From assembly GCA_026396275.1 (NCBI GenBank), contig JAPLXC010000007.1, forward strand, positions 37,084-101,083: a DNA stretch of 64,000 bases. Direction: 5' to 3'. Both the position numbers and the translations under genes were made by a program. Of the stretch, positions 19,874 to 28,514 are shown piece by piece. The notes below the pieces were generated by a model. The model had not been told where the DNA came from. It did no database searches and saw only the letters and a list, made by a program, of their open reading frames with translations. The stretch is from Candidatus Moraniibacteriota bacterium (GTDB lineage: Bacteria > Patescibacteriota > Minisyncoccia > Moranbacterales > JAPLXC01). Every line of letters starts with the position of its first letter. Within the stretch, counting starts at the first letter, position 1.

Positions 19874-19981
19874 TTAGTAGTTAGGTGTTTCTTGAAAACT
19901 CCTATTCAACCCAATCCCAATGCCCAAAGGCAAAATCAAAACTCCGGCAAGGATGATTATAGATTTTTTGGAGATGAACAT
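19874..19981 (-). pseudogene. 5' fragment of a secreted or membrane protein gene
   Basis: MFISKKSIIILAGVLILPLGIGIGLNRSFQETPNY*, a signal-anchor-only peptide ending at the palindrome. Confidence 0.4.
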
Positions 19982-20062
19982 GAACGAAATTTATTTATTA
20001 TATTTGTGCCAGCGACTTGTCCCGAGTTTATTGAGGGAAGCTGGCGCGCCGCTTTCATATTT

Positions 20063-20434
20063 CTAATTTATCACGCCTCTGCAATTTTTACTGCCGCATT
20101 TGCATTTAAAAGAAACCAAACTACCTTTTCCGTAATCAGAAGTTATTTCCTCACCTTTCTTAATGTCTCTAACGGCGACATCGCAATAGTTTTTTACTCG
20201 CGTGTTTGGTTCGCAAGAATGATTAACAAATTTTTCAGGCGATTGCATTAATAAATATTTATTCCTTCCGGCTTTATAAATATAATGTCTTTGGCCATTT
20301 CTTAACTTTTCAATTTCTGATTTTCCCAAAAATTTTGGGGTCCACTTTAAAACAATTTCGCCTTTCTTGAAATTTCTTGCGGCAAATACACCTTTCTTTT
20401 CGATTTTCGACTTTTTTACTATTATGTTTTTCAT
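20063..20434 (-). CDS. SET domain protein with post-SET cysteines
   Basis: GVFA, FVNHSCEPN, EEITSDY, CKCGSKNCRG. Confidence 0.93.
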   Translation of the reverse strand: MKNIIVKKSKIEKKGVFAARNFKKGEIVLKWTPKFLGKSEIEKLRNGQRHYIYKAGRNKYLLMQSPEKFVNHSCEPNTRVKNYCDVAVRDIKKGEEITSDYGKGSLVSFKCKCGSKNCRGVIN

Positions 20435-20584
20435 TCAAAATTTTTGAGATAAGCTTACCCCGCCTGCCCCGTAGGGAAACTTTGTTTCTCCTTTGGGGTA
20501 GTGAGTCCCTGACTCTACTACTGGGATTATACCACCAAAATAAAAACCGGCCTCATTGCGAGAGCCGGTATAGAAACCGCGAGA

Positions 20585-20869
20585 TTAAAATAGTTTTTCC
20601 TGAATATATTTGATTTTAATGGCTTTTTTCTTTCTCTTTTTCGGCGCGTGACTTTTTTGAATTCGCAGATTGTCTGCTTGTTCAATGGTAGTGCCTTTTC
20701 CGTACTTTCTCGCGGCCATCCTTTTGGCATAAGCGATTGCCATATTTTTCGCCGCCGCTGGAAAATAAGCTTCAAAGATTTTGTTGATAAAGAACTGGTC
20801 GGTTATAAGGATTCCGAGCTTATTGTGCGCTTCAAATCTTCCCGAAGCTTTATAATACTCTGTCTTCAC
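20585..20869 (-). CDS. Orphan basic hypothetical protein
   Basis: GTG start with AAGGAG SD; terminator at 20542-20569. Confidence 0.65.
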   Translation of the reverse strand: MKTEYYKASGRFEAHNKLGILITDQFFINKIFEAYFPAAAKNMAIAYAKRMAARKYGKGTTIEQADNLRIQKSHAPKKRKKKAIKIKYIQEKLF

Positions 20870-20891
20870 ATCCTTTCTCCTTTCCTTCTGA

Positions 20892-21389
20892 TTAATTTCT
20901 TGAGCGCCACTCGTTTTCTATGGCCTCTATCTTCGCTTTCTCCTCGCCTAAAATTTGCTTCAGCTTGGTAGGATCATTGGAATAAGTCGGACGTCCGGGA
21001 GTGTTCTCCAGAGTAAACACATTGTCATTATTGGCCGGGAAGGAATCAGCTGCTCCGCCGCCAATAAGAGTGGGGATGCGATTAACAATTCTTAAACCGC
21101 ATTCTGTAGCAACTTTTTCCATAAGATGAGACTTTTCCTTAGGAATGCTTATCATAATCCAGATAATCTCCTCCCACTTAAACGCTTTTAATAAAAACTC
21201 GTCGTTGCTGGGCGTACCGGGGATAAAGTAAGTGTATTCAAGCTTTACTGAGCAGAGCATTACTCCCGGGTGCGGCGGCTTAACCATTCCAACATAATGA
21301 ATATACTTTGAATCCCTGACAAATTTTTTGAGGGATTCATAACTTTTCCCATGATCCATCCTGCCATATCTTTCTCTGCTATTTTCCAT
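20892..21389 (-). CDS. Orphan hypothetical protein
   Basis: AAGGAGGAG SD, TTGACA-16-TAAGAT promoter. Confidence 0.75.
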   Translation of the reverse strand: MENSRERYGRMDHGKSYESLKKFVRDSKYIHYVGMVKPPHPGVMLCSVKLEYTYFIPGTPSNDEFLLKAFKWEEIIWIMISIPKEKSHLMEKVATECGLRIVNRIPTLIGGGAADSFPANNDNVFTLENTPGRPTYSNDPTKLKQILGEEKAKIEAIENEWRSRN

Positions 21390-21675
21390 TATCTCCTCCT
21401 TTACAATCCCTCAATGTTTATGGTTTATTGTTAATAAAAAGAACTGGTGCTTAATCTTAGCGCAGTTTACCATTTTGTCAAATAAAAACCAGCCGCTTGG
21501 GGCTGATGGGAAGGTAAGCCTGCCCCGAAGTGAGCCCTGCTCTACTTCTGGGGTTTACCCCGTACCGCCTTACTGGTGCGTGGGTAATTTTTATCCGCCT
21601 TTGGCGGAAATTACGTAATTTTCCAGCCGCCGAATTTCGTGCCAGCAAAGCTGCCGCGCCGCCCAAGATTAATGC

Positions 21676-21708
21676 AATTTCTCCTAATTTTCTTGTTGGC
21701 CAAGTCAT
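21676..21708 (-). pseudogene. HsdS-like 5' fragment (MTWPTRKLGEI)
   Basis: W-x-x-x-K-L-G-E-I is the typical start of type I R-M specificity subunits; the rest of the ORF runs into repeats. Confidence 0.55.
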
Positions 21709-22556
21709 AGATTATTTTGCCTTACAATTTCATCGATTCTAGCCTTACTTTTTTTTCTTGTTTCATTTATTTCTTCTTCAAGCTTTTTCATTTCAATAGA
21801 TATTTCATTAGTTAAATTATGAGGATATTTAGCCGCTGCTATCAAATGAACGATTTTAGTAAAAATCGGCTTTTCTTTCATTAATATCCTAGTTTTTACA
21901 ACAATCTTTTTATTTTCACTTTCAAGATCTTCCAAGAAAACTTTTAGCTCTGCTACTTTTTTTATTAAAATCTCAATGTTTATTTTATAAGTTTCAAAAT
22001 CAATATGTTTTTGAATAAATGCTTTTTTTATTTCGCTATAAAATCTATTCGTAGAATTAATCGATCCATTCATTTTATCTACGCTTGTTTCAAAAGAAAA
22101 AACTTCGTTGACTAAATCTAAATTCATTAGATCTACGGATATTTCTTCGTCTAAAGCAAATTCATGTAGAACATTAAAATAAACAAATGGCCTGTTATAT
22201 TCTATTGCGTCTTGGGCAATATTAATGAAATCATCAATTATAAAGATGTTGTCGGAGATGACATTCAAATATCGATTGCAAATTCTTTCAATCTTTACAA
22301 GGGCATTGTAATGCTTAACTTGTCTATCATAAATTCTGGTGAGTGCATCTGCAAGTCTTATAAACAAGAAAGCGAAAAACGCCCCCATGAAAGCACTTAT
22401 TGCGCTGTTGATATATCTGATGTCATTAGAAATGAAGATTTTATTAAAAATAAAAAATCCAAAAACAAATATAAATGAACAAATTAAAGTTAAAAGCAAA
22501 AGTGGATATGTTTTTTTAATACATTCTCTTAATTTTTTTGTTGGCCAGTTATTCAT
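21705..22556 (-). CDS. 2-TM plus coiled-coil hypothetical protein with HsdS-like N-terminus
   Basis: 283-aa, AT-rich ORF starting MNNWPTKKLRE. Confidence 0.75.
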   Translation of the reverse strand: MNNWPTKKLRECIKKTYPLLLLTLICSFIFVFGFFIFNKIFISNDIRYINSAISAFMGAFFAFLFIRLADALTRIYDRQVKHYNALVKIERICNRYLNVISDNIFIIDDFINIAQDAIEYNRPFVYFNVLHEFALDEEISVDLMNLDLVNEVFSFETSVDKMNGSINSTNRFYSEIKKAFIQKHIDFETYKINIEILIKKVAELKVFLEDLESENKKIVVKTRILMKEKPIFTKIVHLIAAAKYPHNLTNEISIEMKKLEEEINETRKKSKARIDEIVRQNNL

Positions 22557-22557
22557 T

Positions 22558-23022
22558 TTATATCAACCTACTAATCTGCGAGGATATTCTTTTAATGATC
22601 TCTTCGTCCAGTATTTTAACAGATATACGAAAAAAACTTTCTTGTGAATTTATTATAAATGCTTTGTGAGTCCAGAGCATTTTAACTTGGGAGTCATCAA
22701 AATAAACAACCCCTTTAAGTGCATCTAGTATACATTTTGCGCGATTATCTAAATCACATTTTTTATATTCAGTACCTGAATTTATACCATGCACTATTGA
22801 GACAAGGACATTTTTATCTGTTGGAAAAATATTTACATTTTTTAATTCTTTTTTAAGATCTTCTTTTAATTCATTCTCGAATTTATGGGTACTAGCTTTT
22901 TCAATCACAATATTCTTTTCTATTTCACCGTCATACTTATAAGCTATGCTTTTAGATGGTACCAAAGTGTTACCTTGAAGATATACTATTTCTGGATTGA
23001 TAATTTCTTTAAGCTTTCTCAT
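22558..23022 (-). CDS. RusA-like endodeoxyribonuclease
   Basis: DLDNRAKCILDALKGVVYFDDSQV motif. Confidence 0.8.
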   Translation of the reverse strand: MRKLKEIINPEIVYLQGNTLVPSKSIAYKYDGEIEKNIVIEKASTHKFENELKEDLKKELKNVNIFPTDKNVLVSIVHGINSGTEYKKCDLDNRAKCILDALKGVVYFDDSQVKMLWTHKAFIINSQESFFRISVKILDEEIIKRISSQISRLI

Positions 23023-23023
23023 A

Positions 23024-23191
23024 TCATTTTTTCTTTTTCGCCAAAAATTCAACTCTCACGGATTTTGGAATAAATTTTTTTGCTCTAAAACTTACCTCCT
23101 CGCCCTTTCTAGTATAAAAAATAACTTTTACAGGTTTAGAAACTATCTTAGTCGCTTTAAACGAAATATGTTGTCTTGCTTGTTTTGGCAT
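23024..23191 (-). CDS. Small basic protein
   Basis: MPKQARQHISFKATK...; stop adjacent to the RusA-like start. Confidence 0.6.
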   Translation of the reverse strand: MPKQARQHISFKATKIVSKPVKVIFYTRKGEEVSFRAKKFIPKSVRVEFLAKKKK

Positions 23192-23342
23192 AAATTTTAT
23201 CTTAATCAAAAATAAATACTATTAATCTCCTTCATAATTTTATCCGTCTCAACCAGCACGCACTCGGCTTAAATTTTTTCTAGATTTCTCCTAAAGTTGT
23301 TTTTTTATTTCTTGTTCATAGAAAATTATATCTTCTTCATTT

Positions 23343-23504
23343 TCAAGAGCCTTTTTCAATTTCTTGAGATTCCTCGCTAAATTCTCCTACATCCTCACCA
23401 AATTCAACTTTTTGGCCATCCTCAATAAAACCATCATTTTTATCTTTCTCTTCTTGTTTTTCAGAATTCTCATCTTCAAGATCATTTTCTTGATCAATTC
23501 TCAT
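23343..23504 (-). CDS. 53-aa highly acidic protein, not in ORF track
   Basis: MRIDQENDLEDENSEKQEEKDKNDGFIEDGQKVEFGEDVGEFSEESQEIEKGS*. Confidence 0.6.
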   Translation of the reverse strand: MRIDQENDLEDENSEKQEEKDKNDGFIEDGQKVEFGEDVGEFSEESQEIEKGS

Positions 23505-23528
23505 ATATTTCACAAAGATATTATTAGC

Positions 23529-24002
23529 TTAGATTGATAAAACTAACAGTACGACACCTGCAATTAGAAAAATAATTGAAAATTTAAACCACAGAGCAAG
23601 TTCTGAAGATATTTTTTCATTATTAGTGATATCTGTTTCTAATTTTTTATTGAATTTCATTACTAATTTTTCATGAGGCCACTCGAAGCTTTTTTCTATT
23701 AGTTCTTTTAATTTTGGTCCTTGACTATATTTTTTTGACCAAATTGAACAAACAGCAAACAACAAAGAGACAGCAACTAGAAAAAAAGATTTTTTTTGAA
23801 AGCCACTAAGACATGAACTCTTACTGATTAGAAATCCCAATAAAGCAACATCTGCCACAATAATCCAATTAAGCTTATTATTAAGATAATCTATGGCTTT
23901 TTGTTGGCTATTGGAAAATTCTACAATTTTTTCATGAACAAAAAGTGTCTTGTGTAGATCGTCTTTGCTATTATTCTCTTTTTCTTCATTGTTATCCACC
24001 AT
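23529..24002 (-). CDS. Small 3-TM membrane protein
   Basis: Two N-terminal TMs and one C-terminal TM; topology like defence-associated effectors (inference). Confidence 0.7.
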   Translation of the reverse strand: MVDNNEEKENNSKDDLHKTLFVHEKIVEFSNSQQKAIDYLNNKLNWIIVADVALLGFLISKSSCLSGFQKKSFFLVAVSLLFAVCSIWSKKYSQGPKLKELIEKSFEWPHEKLVMKFNKKLETDITNNEKISSELALWFKFSIIFLIAGVVLLVLSI

Positions 24003-24035
24003 ATTCGTTATTCTTTAAATTTAATCTATTGGCAG

Positions 24036-24107
24036 TCAGCGCTTATATTTCAAAATTTTAATAACTTTTTGAATCGTCTTTTCCAGATTTTTTTGAATTT
24101 CATGCTC
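24036..24107 (-). pseudogene. Vsr/DUF559-like endonuclease 3' remnant
   Basis: EHEIQKNLEKTIQKVIKILKYKR*, resembling the (W)EHEI C-terminal helix. Confidence 0.4.
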
Positions 24108-24341
24108 CCGCCGCTGAATTTTCCGCCTGATATACTAATTACAGGCAGGCTGTAAATTTTGCGATAGCAATAAATACAGCCTGGTTGGGATTTATTGAGA
24201 GTGGAATACTGTACAAACCCCGGCGAGGATGATTGAAAGTTTTTTAAAATAAACGCGGGCGAAATTTGGGTTTTTTGGATTATGTAACATATGTAATTTT
24301 TCCATCAAAGTTGTATTTTTAATTTCTCTCTCTCATAATTT

Positions 24342-25622
24342 TTAATAGTCAATGTAAAACTTAGTTATTCCGAACCCCTTGTCGTCATCAAACATACCAA
24401 ACTCCCATGGATGTGATGGGTATACCTGTATATTGTTATCTTTTCGTTCAATAAATTTAAAATCACGGGGTGACTGCATGAGAAAATCTTTCTCTTCGCC
24501 GCCTGATGTAAATTGCCTTTCATAAATCGAAAGGGCATTGCACAACATTGCAAAAAGAAATGAACAGAAAATATTACCTCTCGTAATAACTCCCCTCTCT
24601 TTAAAATCATTAAAATATTTCCTGTCTGACTTATTATCAATTTTGAAATACTTTGCTGCCTCTATGCACAATGTAACTCGGAAATCCGGCTCAAGCCCAT
24701 CATCTACCTGATTTTTGTATATAAGATCGGCTTTCCTGATTATTAACTTCAAAAGTCGCATATTTGTCTCCACTCTTTCTACAAACAATCCTTCAAGAAA
24801 ACTAATTATTTGACTCTTTCTGTTTGCACCGGTCCAAACCAATTTATTATTATCCTGTCTATTGAATGAGCCTGTGAATAAATTATTACGAAAAATTTCA
24901 TCAACGAATTTATCAAGCTTTACCTTTTCAGGTTGAAAAAAGTCGAAATAATCAATGCACTTTAAATACGACTCTAAATTTTTATAGTAGTTCTCATTGG
25001 CTATAGGAACAATAACCACAAACTTTTTCTTAAAGCTGTAGGAGTGCAAAAATTGTTTCAATGTTTCCAGAAAAAACACACCCGCATCTCCTGACCTATC
25101 TATATCTTCAACAATAATAAACAGATTGCTATCAGCTTTTTCTACCTGCTCTTTTAAAATTTTCTGTATCTCATCAACTCTTCTTGCTGGAGACGTTTCG
25201 AAAAAATGATTTATGCCTTCAAGAACTGCAAATCCTGGTATTCTAGAAATAGTTTTAATTAATGTTTTTTTATCCTCATTTTGTGTTCCCTGAATTTTTT
25301 TCTCTGTTTCTGCAAAATCTTTCGGACTTATTTCCTTTGAAAAATCTAAAATAAACCCCTCCCACAAATCTTTCCTGTCTGGATATTTCCAAGCATCAAA
25401 CTCTATCCACTTTTCACCGCTTCCTCGCTCGTTCATAACTCGATTTATCATAGTGCTTTTCCCGCTTCCAAAGGGCCCAACCAAAGCAATGATTGAGGAA
25501 GTGGGAAGGGAATCTATTTTCTTAGCAAAACTGGCAACAATGTCAGAAAAACCTAGTAGATCATTGACCTTGCTATGTTCTTTTAATAATTCGTGATTTT
25601 TTACGAAACCTTGATTAGCCAT
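24342..25622 (-). CDS. KAP family P-loop NTPase
   Basis: GPFGSGKS Walker A, FDAWKY, IIVEDIDR Walker B. Confidence 0.88.
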   Translation of the reverse strand: MANQGFVKNHELLKEHSKVNDLLGFSDIVASFAKKIDSLPTSSIIALVGPFGSGKSTMINRVMNERGSGEKWIEFDAWKYPDRKDLWEGFILDFSKEISPKDFAETEKKIQGTQNEDKKTLIKTISRIPGFAVLEGINHFFETSPARRVDEIQKILKEQVEKADSNLFIIVEDIDRSGDAGVFFLETLKQFLHSYSFKKKFVVIVPIANENYYKNLESYLKCIDYFDFFQPEKVKLDKFVDEIFRNNLFTGSFNRQDNNKLVWTGANRKSQIISFLEGLFVERVETNMRLLKLIIRKADLIYKNQVDDGLEPDFRVTLCIEAAKYFKIDNKSDRKYFNDFKERGVITRGNIFCSFLFAMLCNALSIYERQFTSGGEEKDFLMQSPRDFKFIERKDNNIQVYPSHPWEFGMFDDDKGFGITKFYIDY

Positions 25623-25631
25623 ATGATTCTA

Positions 25632-25682
25632 TTAAACTCCCATCTCTCCGCTCATTAACTTTGGCAAAAGCAAATTGCAGAG
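25632..25682 (-). pseudogene. HsdS 3' remnant
   Basis: LCNLLLPKLMSGEMGV*, matching the conserved LRDxLLPKLMSGEI C-terminus of type I HsdS. Confidence 0.7.
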
Positions 25683-25789
25683 AAATCATATCTTATATTA
25701 ATATCCACAGGGCATATTTGCAAGTATGGTATAATTAATTTAGGAAGAGGGCGAATATCTATCTTTTGGATAAAATATTCGCCCCTCTT

Positions 25790-26086
25790 TTACTTAATCC
25801 CGCATGGGGGATTCTTCTTATTTCGGATGTCTTTTTCAATCTTCAATCGATCTTCTAGAGAATACTTATCGGTTGGCATCCATTTAACTGCGACAGAATA
25901 ACCACCGTGTTTATCCCAACATGGTTTTCTTTCATGTGTCAGCAACCTCGTTCCCGTTTCACCGGATTGTCCAACATCAATAACTGAGTATATCACATTG
26001 AGGATTACGTAAATTGCAGCTCTATCAATCTTAATCTTACCAATTTTATAAGGTCCATCGAAATTATAACCTGCGATTGTAACCAT
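25790..26086 (-). CDS. GIY-YIG-like small protein
   Basis: AAIYVIL...DVGQSGE..TRL..H...IEKDIR pattern. Confidence 0.6.
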   Translation of the reverse strand: MVTIAGYNFDGPYKIGKIKIDRAAIYVILNVIYSVIDVGQSGETGTRLLTHERKPCWDKHGGYSVAVKWMPTDKYSLEDRLKIEKDIRNKKNPPCGIK

Positions 26087-26188
26087 TGGACTTAATTTTC
26101 TAGCCAACTTTTCGGCTGGATTAATAATTATTTAAACCTTAGGGAAATACCGACCTATTTCCCATAGGCACCTGTGGATAACTTGACC

Positions 26189-26217
26189 TTGTTTAGGTTT
26201 TCTTTAGGTATTATAAT
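26189..26217 (+). promoter_or_regulatory. Sigma70 promoter of lexA-MTase overlapped by TTAGG-N6-TTAGG
   Basis: TTGTTT(26189)-17-TATAAT(26212); TTAGG at 26193 and 26204. Confidence 0.6.
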
Positions 26218-26238
26218 ATAAGTAGTAAAAAAGTCAAT

Positions 26239-27771
26239 ATGATCTCAAAAAGATTATCAAAAAAACAAAAGGAAGTTCTTGATTTTATTACCGCTTTTCA
26301 ACAAAAGCGCGAGTATTCCCCTTCCCTAGAAGAAATCGCTAAACATTTCAATATTGCAATTCCCACTGCTCACCAACATGTGCAGGTATTAAAAAGAAAA
26401 GGATTTATAAGCGCAAGAAAGGGGGAAAAACGATCTATCTCAGTAAAAGAAAAAGCTTCAATGGTACAAGTCCCGCTGCTTGGTGTTATTACTGCTGGCC
26501 AGCCGATTGAAGCGATAGAAAATAAAGAGACAATTGCTGTACCACAAAATAAACTCTCCCATTCCGGAGAATTTTATGCTTTACGAGTTTTGGGCAATAG
26601 CATGATTGATGAAAATATAAAAGACGGCGATATTGTTTTAGTAAAAAAACAAGAAGTTGCAGAAAATGGACAAAAAGTCGTTGCTTTAATTGATAACTAT
26701 GAAGCAACACTGAAAAAATTTTATAAGGAAAGAGGACACATTCGGTTGCAACCAGCTAATAAGAACATTGAACCAATAATTATAAAAAGGGATAGAGAAC
26801 TAACTATTCAGGGCATTGTAATAGATGTAATTAAAAATGAAGAGGAATTGCAAGCGGAAGAAATTTTAACTGCAGGAAAGGTTAAAAGACACTTAAAACT
26901 TCCTCTTAATAAAATTATTTTAGGAGACGCTGTTAGAGAATTAAGAAAATTACCGGATGAAAGTTGCGATATTATTATTATCGACCCGCCTTATAATATC
27001 GGAAAGGATTTCGGAAATAATATTGATAAAAGAGAATTAAGCGAATATATTGAATGGAGCAAAAAATGGATTAATGAATCTATAAGAGTAATGAAATCAA
27101 CTGGTACAATGTTTATTTACGGATTTAGTGAAATTTTAGCGTACTTGTCAGTTGAAATTCCTATAAATAAGCGATGGCTCATTTGGCACTATACTAACAA
27201 AAATGTTGCATCTTTAAATTTTTGGCAAAGAAGCCACGAAGCAATTATTTGCGCCTGGAAAGAAAAACCAATTTTCAACCGGGACGAAGTGAGAGAGCCA
27301 TATACTGAAGGATTTCTAAACGGCGCCGCTGGAAAAGTACGTAAAGGAACTATGGGAAGATTCAGCCGAGGTGGACAAGAAACTGTTTATAATGCACACG
27401 AAGGTGGCGCGTTACCAAGAGACGTTATAAAAATACCCGCTCTAGCAGGAGGAGCGGGAATGGTTGAAAGGTGGTTTTTATGCAAAACATGCAATGACGT
27501 TTTTGAGCCACGTGAATTAAAAAAACACCAAAATCATGAGATTATAAAACATCCGACACAAAAACCCTTGGAACTTTCAAAAAAACTTATAAAATCAGCC
27601 TCCTCAAGCAAAGAAGGCGTTATTTTGGTACCATTCGTCGGCAGCGGTTCAGAATGCGTCGCAGCCAAAGAACTTGGTAAAAATTATCTTGGTTTTGAAT
27701 TAAACCCAGATTATGTAAAGTTGGCCGAAGAGTGGTTAAAATCTACAAAGACTGCTCCTAAGTTATTTTAA
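26239..27771 (+). CDS. lexA: LexA repressor fused to a beta-class adenine/N4-cytosine DNA methyltransferase
   Basis: wHTH, TAGQP cleavage site, GNSM (Ser), ATLKK (Lys); then DPPY, HPTQKP, PFVGSGS, all in one frame. Confidence 0.93.
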   Translation: MISKRLSKKQKEVLDFITAFQQKREYSPSLEEIAKHFNIAIPTAHQHVQVLKRKGFISARKGEKRSISVKEKASMVQVPLLGVITAGQPIEAIENKETIAVPQNKLSHSGEFYALRVLGNSMIDENIKDGDIVLVKKQEVAENGQKVVALIDNYEATLKKFYKERGHIRLQPANKNIEPIIIKRDRELTIQGIVIDVIKNEEELQAEEILTAGKVKRHLKLPLNKIILGDAVRELRKLPDESCDIIIIDPPYNIGKDFGNNIDKRELSEYIEWSKKWINESIRVMKSTGTMFIYGFSEILAYLSVEIPINKRWLIWHYTNKNVASLNFWQRSHEAIICAWKEKPIFNRDEVREPYTEGFLNGAAGKVRKGTMGRFSRGGQETVYNAHEGGALPRDVIKIPALAGGAGMVERWFLCKTCNDVFEPRELKKHQNHEIIKHPTQKPLELSKKLIKSASSSKEGVILVPFVGSGSECVAAKELGKNYLGFELNPDYVKLAEEWLKSTKTAPKLF

Positions 27772-28470
27772 TTTTGAATCAATTTCTTCTTTCTTTTGTT
27801 CAAAAATGTAGGGCTCAAAAATAACAAAGCCATTCGAGAATACACGAAGCATTTTTGTGTCTAGATAGTTTTTCTTAAAAGTAAGATATGATTTTAAAAA
27901 TCCCGTCCCTCTTTTCTTTTTAGGATGCAAAATGGTTTTAAGATCAGGTACTTCATAGCGGATTGGAATTGTTATGCCCGGAATCGGCTCTTTCGGCTTA
28001 TGACTACGCCCCATTACACCACTATTTGATTTCTTCTTTACATCATAATTAATAACTAATTCCCTATATTGTACCTGAATGTCAGCCCCTTTATGATCAA
28101 GTTCCTCTGACATATTGACCGTATTTTTTCCAAATACTGACTCGGCAACATATCCTGCATGCATTTGAGTAATAAGCCCTGCCCATGTCCTATATATACG
28201 CGCCTCGATTCCTTTCTTAAAACAACTAGGACACATCCCAATTTTCTTTCGAAACTCGCTGAGTTTTTTTCTATTTTCCCTTCTATAAATATCATAGAAG
28301 GCGTTAAAATCAACAAAGTTCTTTTCATCCCAGTAAATTCGATATAACAGCTTAATAGCTTGAATATTCTTTGGCAGATTCATTTCCACTATTTTAATAG
28401 AACTATACTTTTCTCTGTAAGCACTTAGGTTAACTGTTTTCAAAAAATCACTAAATTTTTGTAGATACAT
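27763..28470 (-). CDS. Type II restriction endonuclease, TaqI-like
   Basis: RIYRTWAGLITQMHAGY, ELDHKGAD..DVKK PD-(D/E)xK-type core; convergent with and overlapping the MTase. Confidence 0.75.
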   Translation of the reverse strand: MYLQKFSDFLKTVNLSAYREKYSSIKIVEMNLPKNIQAIKLLYRIYWDEKNFVDFNAFYDIYRRENRKKLSEFRKKIGMCPSCFKKGIEARIYRTWAGLITQMHAGYVAESVFGKNTVNMSEELDHKGADIQVQYRELVINYDVKKKSNSGVMGRSHKPKEPIPGITIPIRYEVPDLKTILHPKKKRGTGFLKSYLTFKKNYLDTKMLRVFSNGFVIFEPYIFEQKKEEIDSKLK

Positions 28471-28514
28471 ATATTTAACAAATAATTTACTTTTTCCAAT
28501 CTTTTAAATATTTC

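Noticed and set aside
21478-21675. 76-aa ORF as a real protein
   Set aside because: After the 11-codon HsdS-like start it runs through palindromic repeats.
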